NCBI GenBank assembly: GCA_047602425.1 | Contig: JASGHG010000001.1 | Location: forward strand, 256,001 to 320,000 | DNA from: Nibricoccus sp. | Lineage (GTDB): Bacteria > Verrucomicrobiota > Verrucomicrobiia > Opitutales > Opitutaceae | Length of the DNA stretch: 64,000 nucleotides | Reading direction: 5' to 3' | Shown: positions 31,681 to 40,451 of the stretch, piece after piece | Position numbering within the stretch: the first letter of the stretch is position 1 | Layout: each line of letters starts with the position of its first letter | Made by a program: the position numbers and the translations under genes | Notes under the pieces: generated by a model | Told to the model about the DNA's origin: nothing | The model's database searches: none | The model's input: the letters and a program-made list of their open reading frames with translations, nothing else

Positions 31681-31996
31681 ATTTTTTCCCGAACGTCGAT
31701 ACGCAAGAATCGACGAGATACCGCGTCAGATAGAAAACGCCAACAATGGTGATCAACTGGACTCCGTAGCCAATGACCTCTAAAATGTACTCATTCGTAA
31801 TGCCCACGCGATTCATCGTAACAACAGCCAAAATCAGAGGGAGCGACAAAACATAGCCGATAGGAACCATCCAATAGATCTGCCACCACGCAGGATGCCA
31901 ATCACGCGGCGCTTTCACCGGCCAAGTACCAGCCTCGACTATGCAAACGAGGCAAAATAGCCCAACTGCGATACCAATCCAGGTCGAGAGTTTCAT
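31670..31996 (-). CDS. cassette membrane protein
   Basis: 108 aa, three hydrophobic segments, ATG 5 nt after GTTCGGC. Confidence 0.72.
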   Translation of the reverse strand: MKLSTWIGIAVGLFCLVCIVEAGTWPVKAPRDWHPAWWQIYWMVPIGYVLSLPLILAVVTMNRVGITNEYILEVIGYGVQLITIVGVFYLTRYLVDSCVSTFGKKWRT

Positions 31997-32001
31997 CTTT
32001 T

Positions 32002-32070
32002 GCCGAACGCTACATAGGGGTTAGTGCCATTCGCGTGACGGACATAGGCGTTGGCAGCGACTGGTTCGGC
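32002..32070 (-). repeat. attC site (shortened, one arm altered)
   Basis: gccgaac...gtgacggacataggcgttggcag..ctg-gttcggc, 69 bp. Confidence 0.7.
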
Positions 32071-32080
32071 TCCATTGTTT

Positions 32081-32606
32081 TCATTTCTGTGTTCGGAACG
32101 GCAAAGCGTCTTCGCTTTTACCAAGACGCTCCAGCTTTTCGACGTAGGAAGGGTAAAGCTTGGCCTTTAGCCATGCGAAGTCCTCTGTCTGAATCAGAGG
32201 CAACGTCTGCCGAAGATACGGCAAGCCGCGCTCTGGCTGATCAAGTTCAAGATAGACCATAGCCAATCCGATATTCCTCTTCTGCGTGAGTAATGCCTGC
32301 TCTCCACTTACCTTCTTTTCGATCTCCAGCGACTCCAAGAGCAGCGGCTCGGACCTCGGCATACTTCTTCAGTCGAATTTTAGCGTTCGCGAGGTTGAAC
32401 AGGCTGCCCGACTTGGCCGCTGGGCCAAGTCGCCCCCAATCGACGTTCTGTGCAGCTCGGGCATATGCGATTTCCGCTTGAACATAGTCGCCACGCTCAA
32501 GGGCGAGATCGCCTGCATCAGTGTAGCGTCCGTATGTCGCGTCGTTCAGCTGATTCGCACAGCCGACCAGAAGGATGAGGAACGTGAGTGAGAATAGCTT
32601 TTTCAT
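32081..32606 (-). pseudogene. cassette TPR lipoprotein, frameshifted
   Basis: ORF 32247-32606 (LVGC lipobox, LFNLANAKIRLKKYAE) continues as SEPLLLESLEIEKK in ORF 32081-32362; one extra base near 32354. Confidence 0.75.
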
Positions 32607-32615
32607 TCTGATTTT

Positions 32616-32702
32616 GCCCAACGTTAAAGATGTGACAACGGCGCGGTGGACATCGCCGAAGGAGTTTGCGTCATAGCCGTTGTCACTAGCGCCTGGTTCG
32701 CC
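32616..32702 (-). repeat. attC site
   Basis: gcccaac...gtgacaacggc / gccgttgtcac...gttcgcc. Confidence 0.88.
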
Positions 32703-32709
32703 TCATTTT

Positions 32710-33147
32710 TCATAGATTGTCTGACGACCAAGTTTCGGGTGCAGTCTTCTTGGTATTTGTTCGGTGGTGATACTTTCCGTCGTAAAAACAAAACTTAACT
32801 TCAGGAAATTCTCCAAACGCCTTCTTATCTTCACTACCGTAGTAAAAGCTAACGCACTTGTATGTCACACCAGCCAGATCACCTGAAGTGAACGTGCTCC
32901 ATGTCATCTTGATCGAGTCCAGCTGTGGGTAATTTATGCCGGCCAAATCTTCTTTCTTCACTTCAACCAGGCCGGCCTCAGTTCGTAAGGCCAGCGACAA
33001 CAACGCCACACGCTCTTTTGTGAGCACTACAGTGCCGCCATCTTCAAACGTGAGCTCCGCGCGCGATACTTTACCGAGTCGATCCCGATGCGCAAATGCG
33101 CTAGCTGCAAAACAGAGTGTGAAAACGATGAGAAATAATTTCTTCAT
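32710..33147 (-). CDS. cassette secreted hypothetical protein
   Basis: MKKLFLIVFTLCFAASAFA signal peptide; ATG directly after GTTCGCC. Confidence 0.78.
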   Translation of the reverse strand: MKKLFLIVFTLCFAASAFAHRDRLGKVSRAELTFEDGGTVVLTKERVALLSLALRTEAGLVEVKKEDLAGINYPQLDSIKMTWSTFTSGDLAGVTYKCVSFYYGSEDKKAFGEFPEVKFCFYDGKYHHRTNTKKTAPETWSSDNL

Positions 33148-33227
33148 GGCGAACGTTCTCTGGTCAGCCACGCCGTACCAGCGGGCAGAGATTAAAAGGA
33201 CGGACGTCATCATAGGCGTTGCGCTGT
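33148..33227 (-). repeat. attC site interrupted by IS110 copy 1 (remainder at 36292-36306)
   Basis: ggcgaac...cagccacgcc...ggcgttgcgctgt | IS | agcgcctg-gttcggc. Confidence 0.88.
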
Positions 33228-33333
33228 ATGCTACTAATAGGCGGATGAGATAACATAAGGAAGCGGCCCCGGCATGGACTGGACGGAGACAAGCACGTAA
33301 CCGGCACTCCTTAGCCGGAGCCGCAATCTAACA

Positions 33334-34599
33334 ATGATAACGAACAAAGCACTTAATGGCAGAACGCACTCCGGGCAACCGGAAACTCGCTGGGATATCG
33401 CCGTCGACGTTGGGCAAAAAGCACTGGACTGGTACGGTGAACTCGGGGCACAGGCGCACCAAGGCCATATCGCCAATCGCAATGAGGCCATCCTCTCATG
33501 GCTGGAACAACTCAACACCCACGCCCGCCAGCACGGCCTTGGCGGCGTGCGCATCCTCTGCGAACCCACCGGCGGATACGAACGGCGCCTGCTGCGCGCG
33601 GCCCGCCAACTCGGCGGCGCCACCGCTCTGGTCAATGGCGAAGCCGTCCACCAGATGCAAGTGGTCGAGAACAACGATACCGGCAAAAGCGACATCAAAG
33701 ATCCCCGCACGATTTTACTATTGGCCAAGTGGAACAAAACCCTGACCGATCGTCCCCTCCAAGGCGAGTGGCTGCTCCTGCGCGAACTCAACGCCCGCTA
33801 CGACCGGCTCGAACGCGACTCCACCCGCTGTAAAAACAGGATTCATAAACTGCTCCTCTCGCTCTTCCCCGAATTGAGCTTTAAAAACGACTGGCTCTTC
33901 GAAGGCCGCGCCGCCCAAGCCACGATCGCACTCTACGGCCTGAACGCCGCCGCGATCCTCGCCGACGGCCTGGAACGCTGCACCGCCAAACTGCGCAACC
34001 ACCACGTTGGCCCAAAGACCATCCAGCGACTCTTTGCCGATGCCCAGCGCTGCGCCCTGATCGACTCCGACCCCGACTGGCTGGCCCTGCTCGCCGAGGA
34101 CCTGCGCGCCCTCTTTGCCGAACTCACCGTGCTGCGCACCCGCCGAACCAACACCCGCCAGCAAATGATCGCCCTGGTCGAACGCCTGCGCGCCCGCGGC
34201 GCCACCCGCCTGCAAGCCCATCCCGACCTGATCAGCCCCTTCATGCTCGCCCGTGTCCTCGCCGAGACCGGACCGCTCCGGGACTTTGCCCACGTGCGCC
34301 AACTCTGGCGCTACGGCGGACTGAACCTGCGGCCCCGCCAAAGCGGCACGATGCAAGGCCAGCTCCGCCAAGCCAAACGCGGCCGCGCCCGCCTGCGCCA
34401 CGTCCTCGCCCAAGCCGTCCTCAAACGCGTCGTGCACGGACAACTCTACGGGCAATACTACCACGCCAAACGCGACACCGGCATGTGCGGCGGCAAAGCC
34501 ATGACCGCGGTCGCCCGCAAGTTCCTCAAACTGCTCCACGGCCTTGAACGCTCGCCCCAACCCTTCGACCCGAAGCGCGTTTTCCGCTCCGCCGCCTAA
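33334..34599 (+). CDS. IS110 family DEDD recombinase/transposase (421 aa)
   Basis: IAVDVGQK, CEPTGGY, KSDIKDP (DEDD); C-terminal GLNLRPRQSG, KRGRARLR, AVARK. Confidence 0.95.
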   Translation: MITNKALNGRTHSGQPETRWDIAVDVGQKALDWYGELGAQAHQGHIANRNEAILSWLEQLNTHARQHGLGGVRILCEPTGGYERRLLRAARQLGGATALVNGEAVHQMQVVENNDTGKSDIKDPRTILLLAKWNKTLTDRPLQGEWLLLRELNARYDRLERDSTRCKNRIHKLLLSLFPELSFKNDWLFEGRAAQATIALYGLNAAAILADGLERCTAKLRNHHVGPKTIQRLFADAQRCALIDSDPDWLALLAEDLRALFAELTVLRTRRTNTRQQMIALVERLRARGATRLQAHPDLISPFMLARVLAETGPLRDFAHVRQLWRYGGLNLRPRQSGTMQGQLRQAKRGRARLRHVLAQAVLKRVVHGQLYGQYYHAKRDTGMCGGKAMTAVARKFLKLLHGLERSPQPFDPKRVFRSAA

Positions 34600-34808
34600 A
34601 CCACTTCCTTGATCTATTTTAGCCGACATTAACTTTTGCTTTTCCGGGAAACCCGCCGCTCGAGGGCCACCAGCCGTTCCGCACAGCCTCGCTGATGCTC
34701 AACTGTATGTTTTAAAGCCCCGACGGCGGGCCTCCCGGTCCTACCGCCCTTTAAGTATCTGGGCTTGCCCCGGAAGGACGGACAAAGATTTGAGGTGGGT
34801 TGTTATGG

Positions 34809-35712
34809 TTAGTGGTGGAGGGATTCGTAGTCGAGCGGGGAGAGGTAACCGAGGGAGCTGTGGAGGCGCTCGCGGTTGTAGAAGCAAATATAGTCGTGCA
34901 GATGGGCGCGCGCTTCTGCGCGGGTGGCGAAGGTGCGTGGATAAACGCATTCGAGTTTGAGGGTGCTCCAGGCCGATTCCATGGCGGCATTATCGTAGCA
35001 GTTGCCGCGGCGGCTCATGCTGGGGATCGCGCCCATCGCGTGAAGCTTCTGGCGGTACGCCTCGCTGGCATACTGGCAGCCGCGGTCGGTGTGGATGATC
35101 AACCCGGCTTTGGGCTGGCGCGAACGGCGCGCCATTTCCAAGGCCGACAGGACCAGTGGCGTGTCGATTTTTTCACTCATGGCCCAGCCGACCAGCCGGC
35201 GGCTGCATGCATCTTTGAAGGCGCATAAATACAGCCAGCCTTCGCCGGTTCCGATGTAGGTCAGATCGCTCCGCCAAACGTGATCGAGCGCGGTGACCGC
35301 AGGCTTTCCCAAGAGGAGATTCGGGGCGATCGGACCGGGATGGTTGCTGTCGGTGGTTTTGACTTTGTACCGCCGGCGGGGCCGGGCGCTTTGGCGTTGT
35401 TGTTTCATCAGCCGGGCGATGCGTTTGCGGCTGGGTGTGGGCTGGCCCGGGCATCGCAAGACTTGCTGGATACGCGGCGCTCCGTAGGTGCCCCGGCTCC
35501 GCAGGTACGCGGCGGTGATTTTCGGGGATAGTTCCGCATCCGCCAATGTTCGCGGACCCGGATGAGTCTGCCGGTGGCAATACGCGTGGTACCCGCTGGT
35601 GCTCACGCCAAAGGCCGCGCACAGATCGGCGATCGTGTGGTGGGTCTTCATCGCAGTTATCCTTTCGTACCGCTCGGCGGGGGTTCGGAGAGGATGCCCA
35701 AGGTTTTTTTTA
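34809..35712 (-). CDS. IS3 transposase OrfB (DDE integrase core)
   Basis: YGAPRI, WRSDLTYI, HTDRGCQY, GNCYDNAAMES, YNRERLHSSLGYLSP; joined to OrfA through an A8 run at 35704-35711. Confidence 0.92.
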
Positions 35713-36007
35713 ATATGTCGCGCTGGGTGCGCAGGCGCTCGTTCTCCTGACGGAGCGCTCGCAACTCCGCTTGCAACGAACCGATGTCGGCCGGCGTTTG
35801 CGCGCCGCCCCCATGGGGGCGTTCCTCCGTGCGGATCCACGCATACAGGGTCGTCTCGTGGACCCCGATCTTCGGCGCATACTTCGGCACGCTTTCCCCG
35901 CTCAGCCGCCACGCCGCCACGCTGTCGCGGCGAAACGCCTCGTCATACTCAGGCACGTATTTGCGGGGCGGCGGGGCCGCCTCGTTCTTGGTCTCGGGTT
36001 TGTTCAT
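35657..36007 (-). CDS. IS3 transposase OrfA (HTH)
   Basis: YDEAFRRDSV, IGVHETTLYAW, LRQENERLRTQRDILKK. Confidence 0.9.
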   Translation of the reverse strand: MNKPETKNEAAPPPRKYVPEYDEAFRRDSVAAWRLSGESVPKYAPKIGVHETTLYAWIRTEERPHGGGAQTPADIGSLQAELRALRQENERLRTQRDILKKTLGILSEPPPSGTKG

Positions 36008-36310
36008 GGACTTATTCTTTCTTCGTAGGCCCTCTTCTTTGTCCACGTTTTCGGGGTAAGCTTAATCGTCCGGGCCAGCCCGCAAAAGCTGGACCAACTC
36101 ATGGGGATCGTCGCGGAGGACCGGGCTCCTGGCCAAAGCGCCAAAACCATATCCATCTCATGTAACCAAAATACCTGCTACATCCTACCCCCGGGGCTCG
36201 TCCTCCGACGAGCTGGAGGCCCATTCTCGGACTCGCCCCTCTCCCCCCTGACTGCAAAATCAAACTTACCCCTTGATTTTACCTAAAGGGGAGCGCCTGG
36301 TTCGGCTCTT

Positions 36311-36685
36311 TCATGCTTTGATTTCTTCAGGCATAGATTTCTTACCAATACGGTGAGCCGCTATCCAAAAAGGAATCATAACAGGCAAAGACCAGATCCC
36401 GATAACGAAGAAGAGAATGCCGCTTTGAGCATCGGGATGCCAATAGAACCCGTCGAGATAGATGAAAAGAAACCAAACAGCGTAAAGGGATGTGCTCAGT
36501 GCGATCACTCTTTGTACCTTCCGGGCTTCTTTCCATCGCAAAGCAATCTGTAGAGAATAAACAAGGGGGCCTAACGCAAAGGGCACTGCCAACAGACCGG
36601 CATAAAAGGGCTCTGCCACGACGCAGAGTACTAGCGCGCCCAAGGCCAGAAAGAGTGCCGTCGTGCTAACGCCGATATTCTTCAT
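36311..36685 (-). CDS. cassette membrane protein
   Basis: 124 aa, four hydrophobic segments, bounded by GTTCGGC / GCCGAAC. Confidence 0.78.
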   Translation of the reverse strand: MKNIGVSTTALFLALGALVLCVVAEPFYAGLLAVPFALGPLVYSLQIALRWKEARKVQRVIALSTSLYAVWFLFIYLDGFYWHPDAQSGILFFVIGIWSLPVMIPFWIAAHRIGKKSMPEEIKA

Positions 36686-36691
36686 ATCTTT

Positions 36692-36790
36692 GCCGAACGT
36701 TAAAGGTGAGCCACGCCTGTGCTCGGCGCGACAGCTGCCACGCAGCTGGCGTGACGAGCATAGGCGTTGTGCTCTAGCGCCTGGTTCGGC
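36692..36790 (-). repeat. attC site
   Basis: gccgaac...gagccacgcc / ggcgttgtgctc...gttcggc. Confidence 0.92.
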
Positions 36791-36793
36791 TCT

Positions 36794-37099
36794 TTAGATT
36801 CTACGAGGATCAACATATTTAGCTCCCTGCTGCTTCAAGAGCCGCCAAAGCTTCCGGACAAGTCTGCCATCCGAGATCCAGAACACGAAAAAGCTAAAGA
36901 AACCTCGGTGCGGAAAAAGAACGATGAAATGAACTTCTGCATCACCGTCCTCCGTATAGTCGCAAACCTGAGCTCGTGCGGCACCAGACTGAACCAGTAA
37001 CGACCGACCAGACTGCTCGACGCTATAACCAGCGGTGCGAAGGCACACTTCAATCGCCTCGAACTTCTGACTGGGAAACGTGTAAATCGGGAAGGCCAT
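36794..37099 (-). CDS. cassette hypothetical protein
   Basis: MAFPIYTF..., ATG 6 nt after GTTAGGC. Confidence 0.65.
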   Translation of the reverse strand: MAFPIYTFPSQKFEAIEVCLRTAGYSVEQSGRSLLVQSGAARAQVCDYTEDGDAEVHFIVLFPHRGFFSFFVFWISDGRLVRKLWRLLKQQGAKYVDPRRI

Positions 37100-37105
37100 A
37101 CTTTT

Positions 37106-37182
37106 GCCTAACGATCTCTGGTCAGCCATGCCGAGCTGGCGACTCCAAACTCAAAGCGAACCCCGTCGAGGCATTGCGCTGT
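37106..37182 (-). repeat. attC site interrupted by IS110 copy 2 (remainder at 38939-38953)
   Basis: gcctaac...cagccatgcc...ggcattgcgctgt | IS | agcgcctg-gttaggc. Confidence 0.86.
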
Positions 37183-37287
37183 ATGCTACTAATAGGCGGA
37201 TGAGGTAACATAAGGGGCGGCCCCGGCACGGACTAGACGGTGACAAGCACGTAACCGGCACTCCTTAGCCGGAGCCGCAATCTAACA

Positions 37288-38553
37288 ATGATAACGAACA
37301 AAGCACTTAATGGCAGAACGCACTCCGGGCAACCGGAAACTCGCTGGGATATCGCCGTCGACGTCGGGCAAAAAGCACTGGACTGGTACGGTGAACTCGG
37401 GGCCCAGGCGCACCAAGGCCATATCGCCAATCGCAATGAGGCCATCCTCTCATGGCTGGAACAACTCAACACCCACGCCCGCCAGCACGGCCTTGGCGGC
37501 GTGCGCATCCTCTGCGAACCCACCGGCGGATACGAACGGCGCCTGCTGCGCGCGGCCCGCCAACTCGGCTGCGCCACCGCTCTGGTCAACGGCGAAGCCG
37601 TCCACCAGATGCAAGTGGTCGAGAACAACGATACCGGCAAAAGCGACATCAAAGATCCCCGCACGATTTTACTATTGGCCAAGTGGAACAAAACCCTGAC
37701 CGATCGTCCCCTCCAAGGCGAGTGGCTGCTCCTGCGCGAACTCAACGCCCGCTACGACCGGCTCGAACGCGACTCCACCCGCTGTAAAAACAGGATTCAT
37801 AAACTGCTCCTCTCGCTCTTCCCCGAATTGAGCTTTAAAAACGACTGGCTCTTCGAAGGCCGCGCCGCCCAAGCCACGATCGCACTCTACGGCCTGAACG
37901 CCGCCGCGATCCTCGCCGACGGCCTGGAACGCTGCACCGCCAAACTGCGCAACCACCACGTTGGCCCAAAGACCATCCAGCGACTCTTTGCCGATGCCCA
38001 GCGCTGCGCCCTGATCGACTCCGACCCCGACTGGCTGGCCCTGCTCGCCGAGGACCTGCGCGCCCTCTTTGCCGAACTCACCGTGCTGCGCACCCGCCGA
38101 ACCAACACCCGCCAGCAAATGATCGCCCTGGTCGAACGCCTGCGCGCCCGCGGCGCCACCCGCCTGCAAGCCCATCCCGACCTGATCAGCCCCTTCATGC
38201 TCGCCCGTGTCCTCGCCGAGACCGGACCGCTCCGGGACTTTGCCCACGTGCGCCAACTCTGGCGCTACGGCGGGCTCAACCTGCGGCCCCGCCAAAGCGG
38301 CACCATGCAAGGCCAGCTCCGCCAAGCCAAACGCGGCCGCGCCCGCCTGCGCCACGTCCTCGCCCAAGCCGTCCTCAAACGCGTCGTGCACGGACAACTC
38401 TACGGGCAATACTACCACGCCAAACGCGACACCGGCATGTGCGGCGGCAAAGCCATGACCGCGGTCGCCCGCAAGTTCCTCAAACTGCTCCACGGCCTTG
38501 AACGCTCGCCCCAACCCTTCGACCCGAAGCGCGTTTTCCGCTCCGCCGCCTAA
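37288..38553 (+). CDS. IS110 family recombinase/transposase
   Basis: Near-identical to 33334-34599 (G to C change in RQLG[G/C]AT). Confidence 0.95.
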   Translation: MITNKALNGRTHSGQPETRWDIAVDVGQKALDWYGELGAQAHQGHIANRNEAILSWLEQLNTHARQHGLGGVRILCEPTGGYERRLLRAARQLGCATALVNGEAVHQMQVVENNDTGKSDIKDPRTILLLAKWNKTLTDRPLQGEWLLLRELNARYDRLERDSTRCKNRIHKLLLSLFPELSFKNDWLFEGRAAQATIALYGLNAAAILADGLERCTAKLRNHHVGPKTIQRLFADAQRCALIDSDPDWLALLAEDLRALFAELTVLRTRRTNTRQQMIALVERLRARGATRLQAHPDLISPFMLARVLAETGPLRDFAHVRQLWRYGGLNLRPRQSGTMQGQLRQAKRGRARLRHVLAQAVLKRVVHGQLYGQYYHAKRDTGMCGGKAMTAVARKFLKLLHGLERSPQPFDPKRVFRSAA

Positions 38554-38938
38554 ACCACTTCCTTGATCTATTTTAGCCGACATTAACTTTTGCTTTTCCG
38601 GGAAACCCGCCGCTCGAGGGCCACCAGCCGTTCCGCACAGCCTCGCTGATGCTCAACTGTATGTTTTAAAGCCCCGACGGCGGGCCTCCCGGTCTTACCG
38701 CCCTTTAAGTATCGTCCGGGCCAGCCCGCAAAAGCTGGACCAACTCATGGGGATCGTCGCGGAGGACCGGGCTCCTGGTTAAAGCGCCAAAACCATATCC
38801 ATCTCATGTAACCAAAACCACCTGCTACATCCTGCCCCCGGGGCTCGTCCTCCGACGAGCTGGAGGCCCATTCTCGGACTCGCCCCTCTCCCCCCTGACT
38901 GCAAAATCAAACTTACCCCTTGATTTTACCTAAAGGGG
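38554..38938 (+). ncRNA. candidate bridge/seek RNA region of IS110 copy 2
   Basis: 385 bp conserved non-coding segment after the recombinase with hairpins and short matches to attC target and to the circle junction; RNA ends unknown. Confidence 0.62.
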
Positions 38939-38947
38939 AGCGCCTGG

Positions 38948-39235
38948 TTAGGCTTCTTCTTTATTCTTATTCGCCTCCTGCTCGGTTTTAGAATCGCTAC
39001 AATGATTCAAGCCGCGCCCATCGATCATCATTTTCACACCTGCTACGCAAAAGATAGCAGCAACTATTAACGGGTGCCAACCTATGGTGTTATATGTCAA
39101 CCATGCTAAATCACGGCTAGGTCCAGAATACCATTTTGTGAACGTAGACATGCCTTCAACCATCGCAAAGAAATGAACCGCATAGAGAAATACTCCCAGC
39201 GATATGAATCCAAAACCGAGCTTCGTTTTATTCAT
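38948..39235 (-). CDS. cassette membrane protein (duplicate of 39825-40112)
   Basis: 95 aa, two TMs, identical protein. Confidence 0.8.
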   Translation of the reverse strand: MNKTKLGFGFISLGVFLYAVHFFAMVEGMSTFTKWYSGPSRDLAWLTYNTIGWHPLIVAAIFCVAGVKMMIDGRGLNHCSDSKTEQEANKNKEEA

Positions 39236-39246
39236 AGATAATTTTA

Positions 39247-39345
39247 GCCTAACGTTATAGATCTGCCGCGCCTGTGGCCGGCGCGACCGGTGCGTCAGCA
39301 GCGGGCGTGACGGACATAGGCGTTGGCAGTAGCGCCTGGTTGGGC
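39247..39345 (-). repeat. attC site
   Basis: gcctaac...ctgccgcgcc / ggcgttggcag...gttgggc. Confidence 0.92.
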
Positions 39346-39352
39346 TCTTTCT

Positions 39353-39718
39353 TTAGTCCCACCATAGATAGAGAAACCTGCCTTCAATGATGGGCAGCGG
39401 CTCTTTGCTCAAGTCGTAGCCTTCCAGAGTGGCTTCTTCGCGATAGATTGCCGCCAGCTCTTCCGATACACCTGCATCCGACAGCTCGATCACTAGCGAG
39501 TCGGAATAAGGTCCACCTAACTCAACGACCTCTTCTTCGTCTGCGATAATAGCGTCCTGAGGTACAAATACACGCTTCGCGCCAATGGCATACAGATGCT
39601 CAACGAAAGCTGCTGCTTCAGACGTGGACGGGAAACGATTCGATGCGAGCGCAGCTTCGTGGCCGTTCAGGCGCAACCACTCCAGAGCCTCGGGTCCGTC
39701 TTCAAATTGTATCTTCAT
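39353..39718 (-). CDS. cassette acidic hypothetical protein ending LWWD
   Basis: 121 aa ORF filling the cassette. Confidence 0.78.
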   Translation of the reverse strand: MKIQFEDGPEALEWLRLNGHEAALASNRFPSTSEAAAFVEHLYAIGAKRVFVPQDAIIADEEEVVELGGPYSDSLVIELSDAGVSEELAAIYREEATLEGYDLSKEPLPIIEGRFLYLWWD

Positions 39719-39731
39719 GGGGACGCCTTTT

Positions 39732-39830
39732 GCCCAACGTTAAAGGTGAGCCACGCCTGTGCTCGGCGCGACGGGTGCGCAGCAGCCGGCGTGACGAGCA
39801 TAGGCGTTGTGCTCTAGCGCCTGGTTAGGC
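39732..39830 (-). repeat. attC site
   Basis: gcccaac...gagccacgcc / ggcgttgtgctc...gttaggc. Confidence 0.92.
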
Positions 39831-40112
39831 TTCTTCTTTATTCTTATTCGCCTCCTGCTCGGTTTTAGAATCGCTACAATGATTCAAGCCGCGCCCATCG
39901 ATCATCATTTTCACACCTGCTACGCAAAAGATAGCAGCAACTATTAACGGGTGCCAACCTATGGTGTTATATGTCAACCATGCTAAATCACGGCTAGGTC
40001 CAGAATACCATTTTGTGAACGTAGACATGCCTTCAACCATCGCAAAGAAATGAACCGCATAGAGAAATACTCCCAGCGATATGAATCCAAAACCGAGCTT
40101 CGTTTTATTCAT
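39825..40112 (-). CDS. cassette membrane protein (duplicate of 38948-39235)
   Basis: 95 aa; stop codon lies in the R'' core. Confidence 0.8.
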   Translation of the reverse strand: MNKTKLGFGFISLGVFLYAVHFFAMVEGMSTFTKWYSGPSRDLAWLTYNTIGWHPLIVAAIFCVAGVKMMIDGRGLNHCSDSKTEQEANKNKEEA

Positions 40113-40123
40113 AGATAATTTTA

Positions 40124-40210
40124 GCCTAACGTCAGAGGCCAGACAACGGCGCCGGCGGGACTGCCGAAGCGGGACGCGTCATAGCCGTTGTCTGTGGCGG
40201 CTGGATATGC
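40124..40210 (-). repeat. attC site with atypical R'' (GCATATC)
   Basis: gcctaac...cagacaacggc / gccgttgtctg...gatatgc. Confidence 0.82.
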
Positions 40211-40451
40211 CGCGTTCTCGCAAAATCACCTCCGCATACAAGCTCGGCCGCAACGCGTGCGCACACTCCGAAGTCGTCCGGCGTCGCCTCACTGGCAAAC
40301 CTCCGCACTCTAACCTTTCTTTCTTCGCTCCGCACGCCGGCAGCTCTATCGGCAAGTTCTACCTCCGACAACCTCTCGCCTACTCTAAATTCTTTCGCAC
40401 GCACGCTCATCGTTTGATTTACCAGCATCATCGCAGCTCGATTTGCATATC
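40204..40451. other. probable non-coding cassette with GAT/ATC cores
   Basis: Bounded by gatatgc and gcatatc; C/T-rich plus strand; no ORF that both starts and ends inside it. Confidence 0.6.

Larger units (their letters stand above)
34760..36064 (-). mobile_element. IS3-family insertion sequence
   Basis: Imperfect IRs tgggcttgccccggaaggacggac / rc taagcttaccccgaaaacgtggac; 3 bp duplication atc at 34757-59 and 36065-67; empty site visible in IS110 copies 2 and 3. Confidence 0.93.
33228..36291 (+). mobile_element. IS110-family element copy 1, inserted in attC, interrupted by IS3
   Basis: Ends atgctactaatagg... and ...ttacctaaagggg shared with copies 2 and 3; removal restores attC; no target duplication beyond one shared A. 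Confidence 0.92.
37183..38938 (+). mobile_element. IS110-family element copy 2 (intact, 1756 bp) in attC
   Basis: Same ends and insertion point as copies 1 and 3. Confidence 0.94.

Noticed and set aside
33718..34629. 303 aa minus-strand ORF and other overlapping ORFs repeated in each IS110 copy
   Set aside because: Antisense or alternate-frame shadows of a GC-rich transposase; repetition only reflects the IS copies
38774..38828. Additional short matches in the IS110 non-coding region (cctggtt, agcgcc, tgctac) as guides
   Set aside because: 6-7 nt only, cctggtt is not conserved in copy 1, and they do not form a guide-hairpin-guide layout
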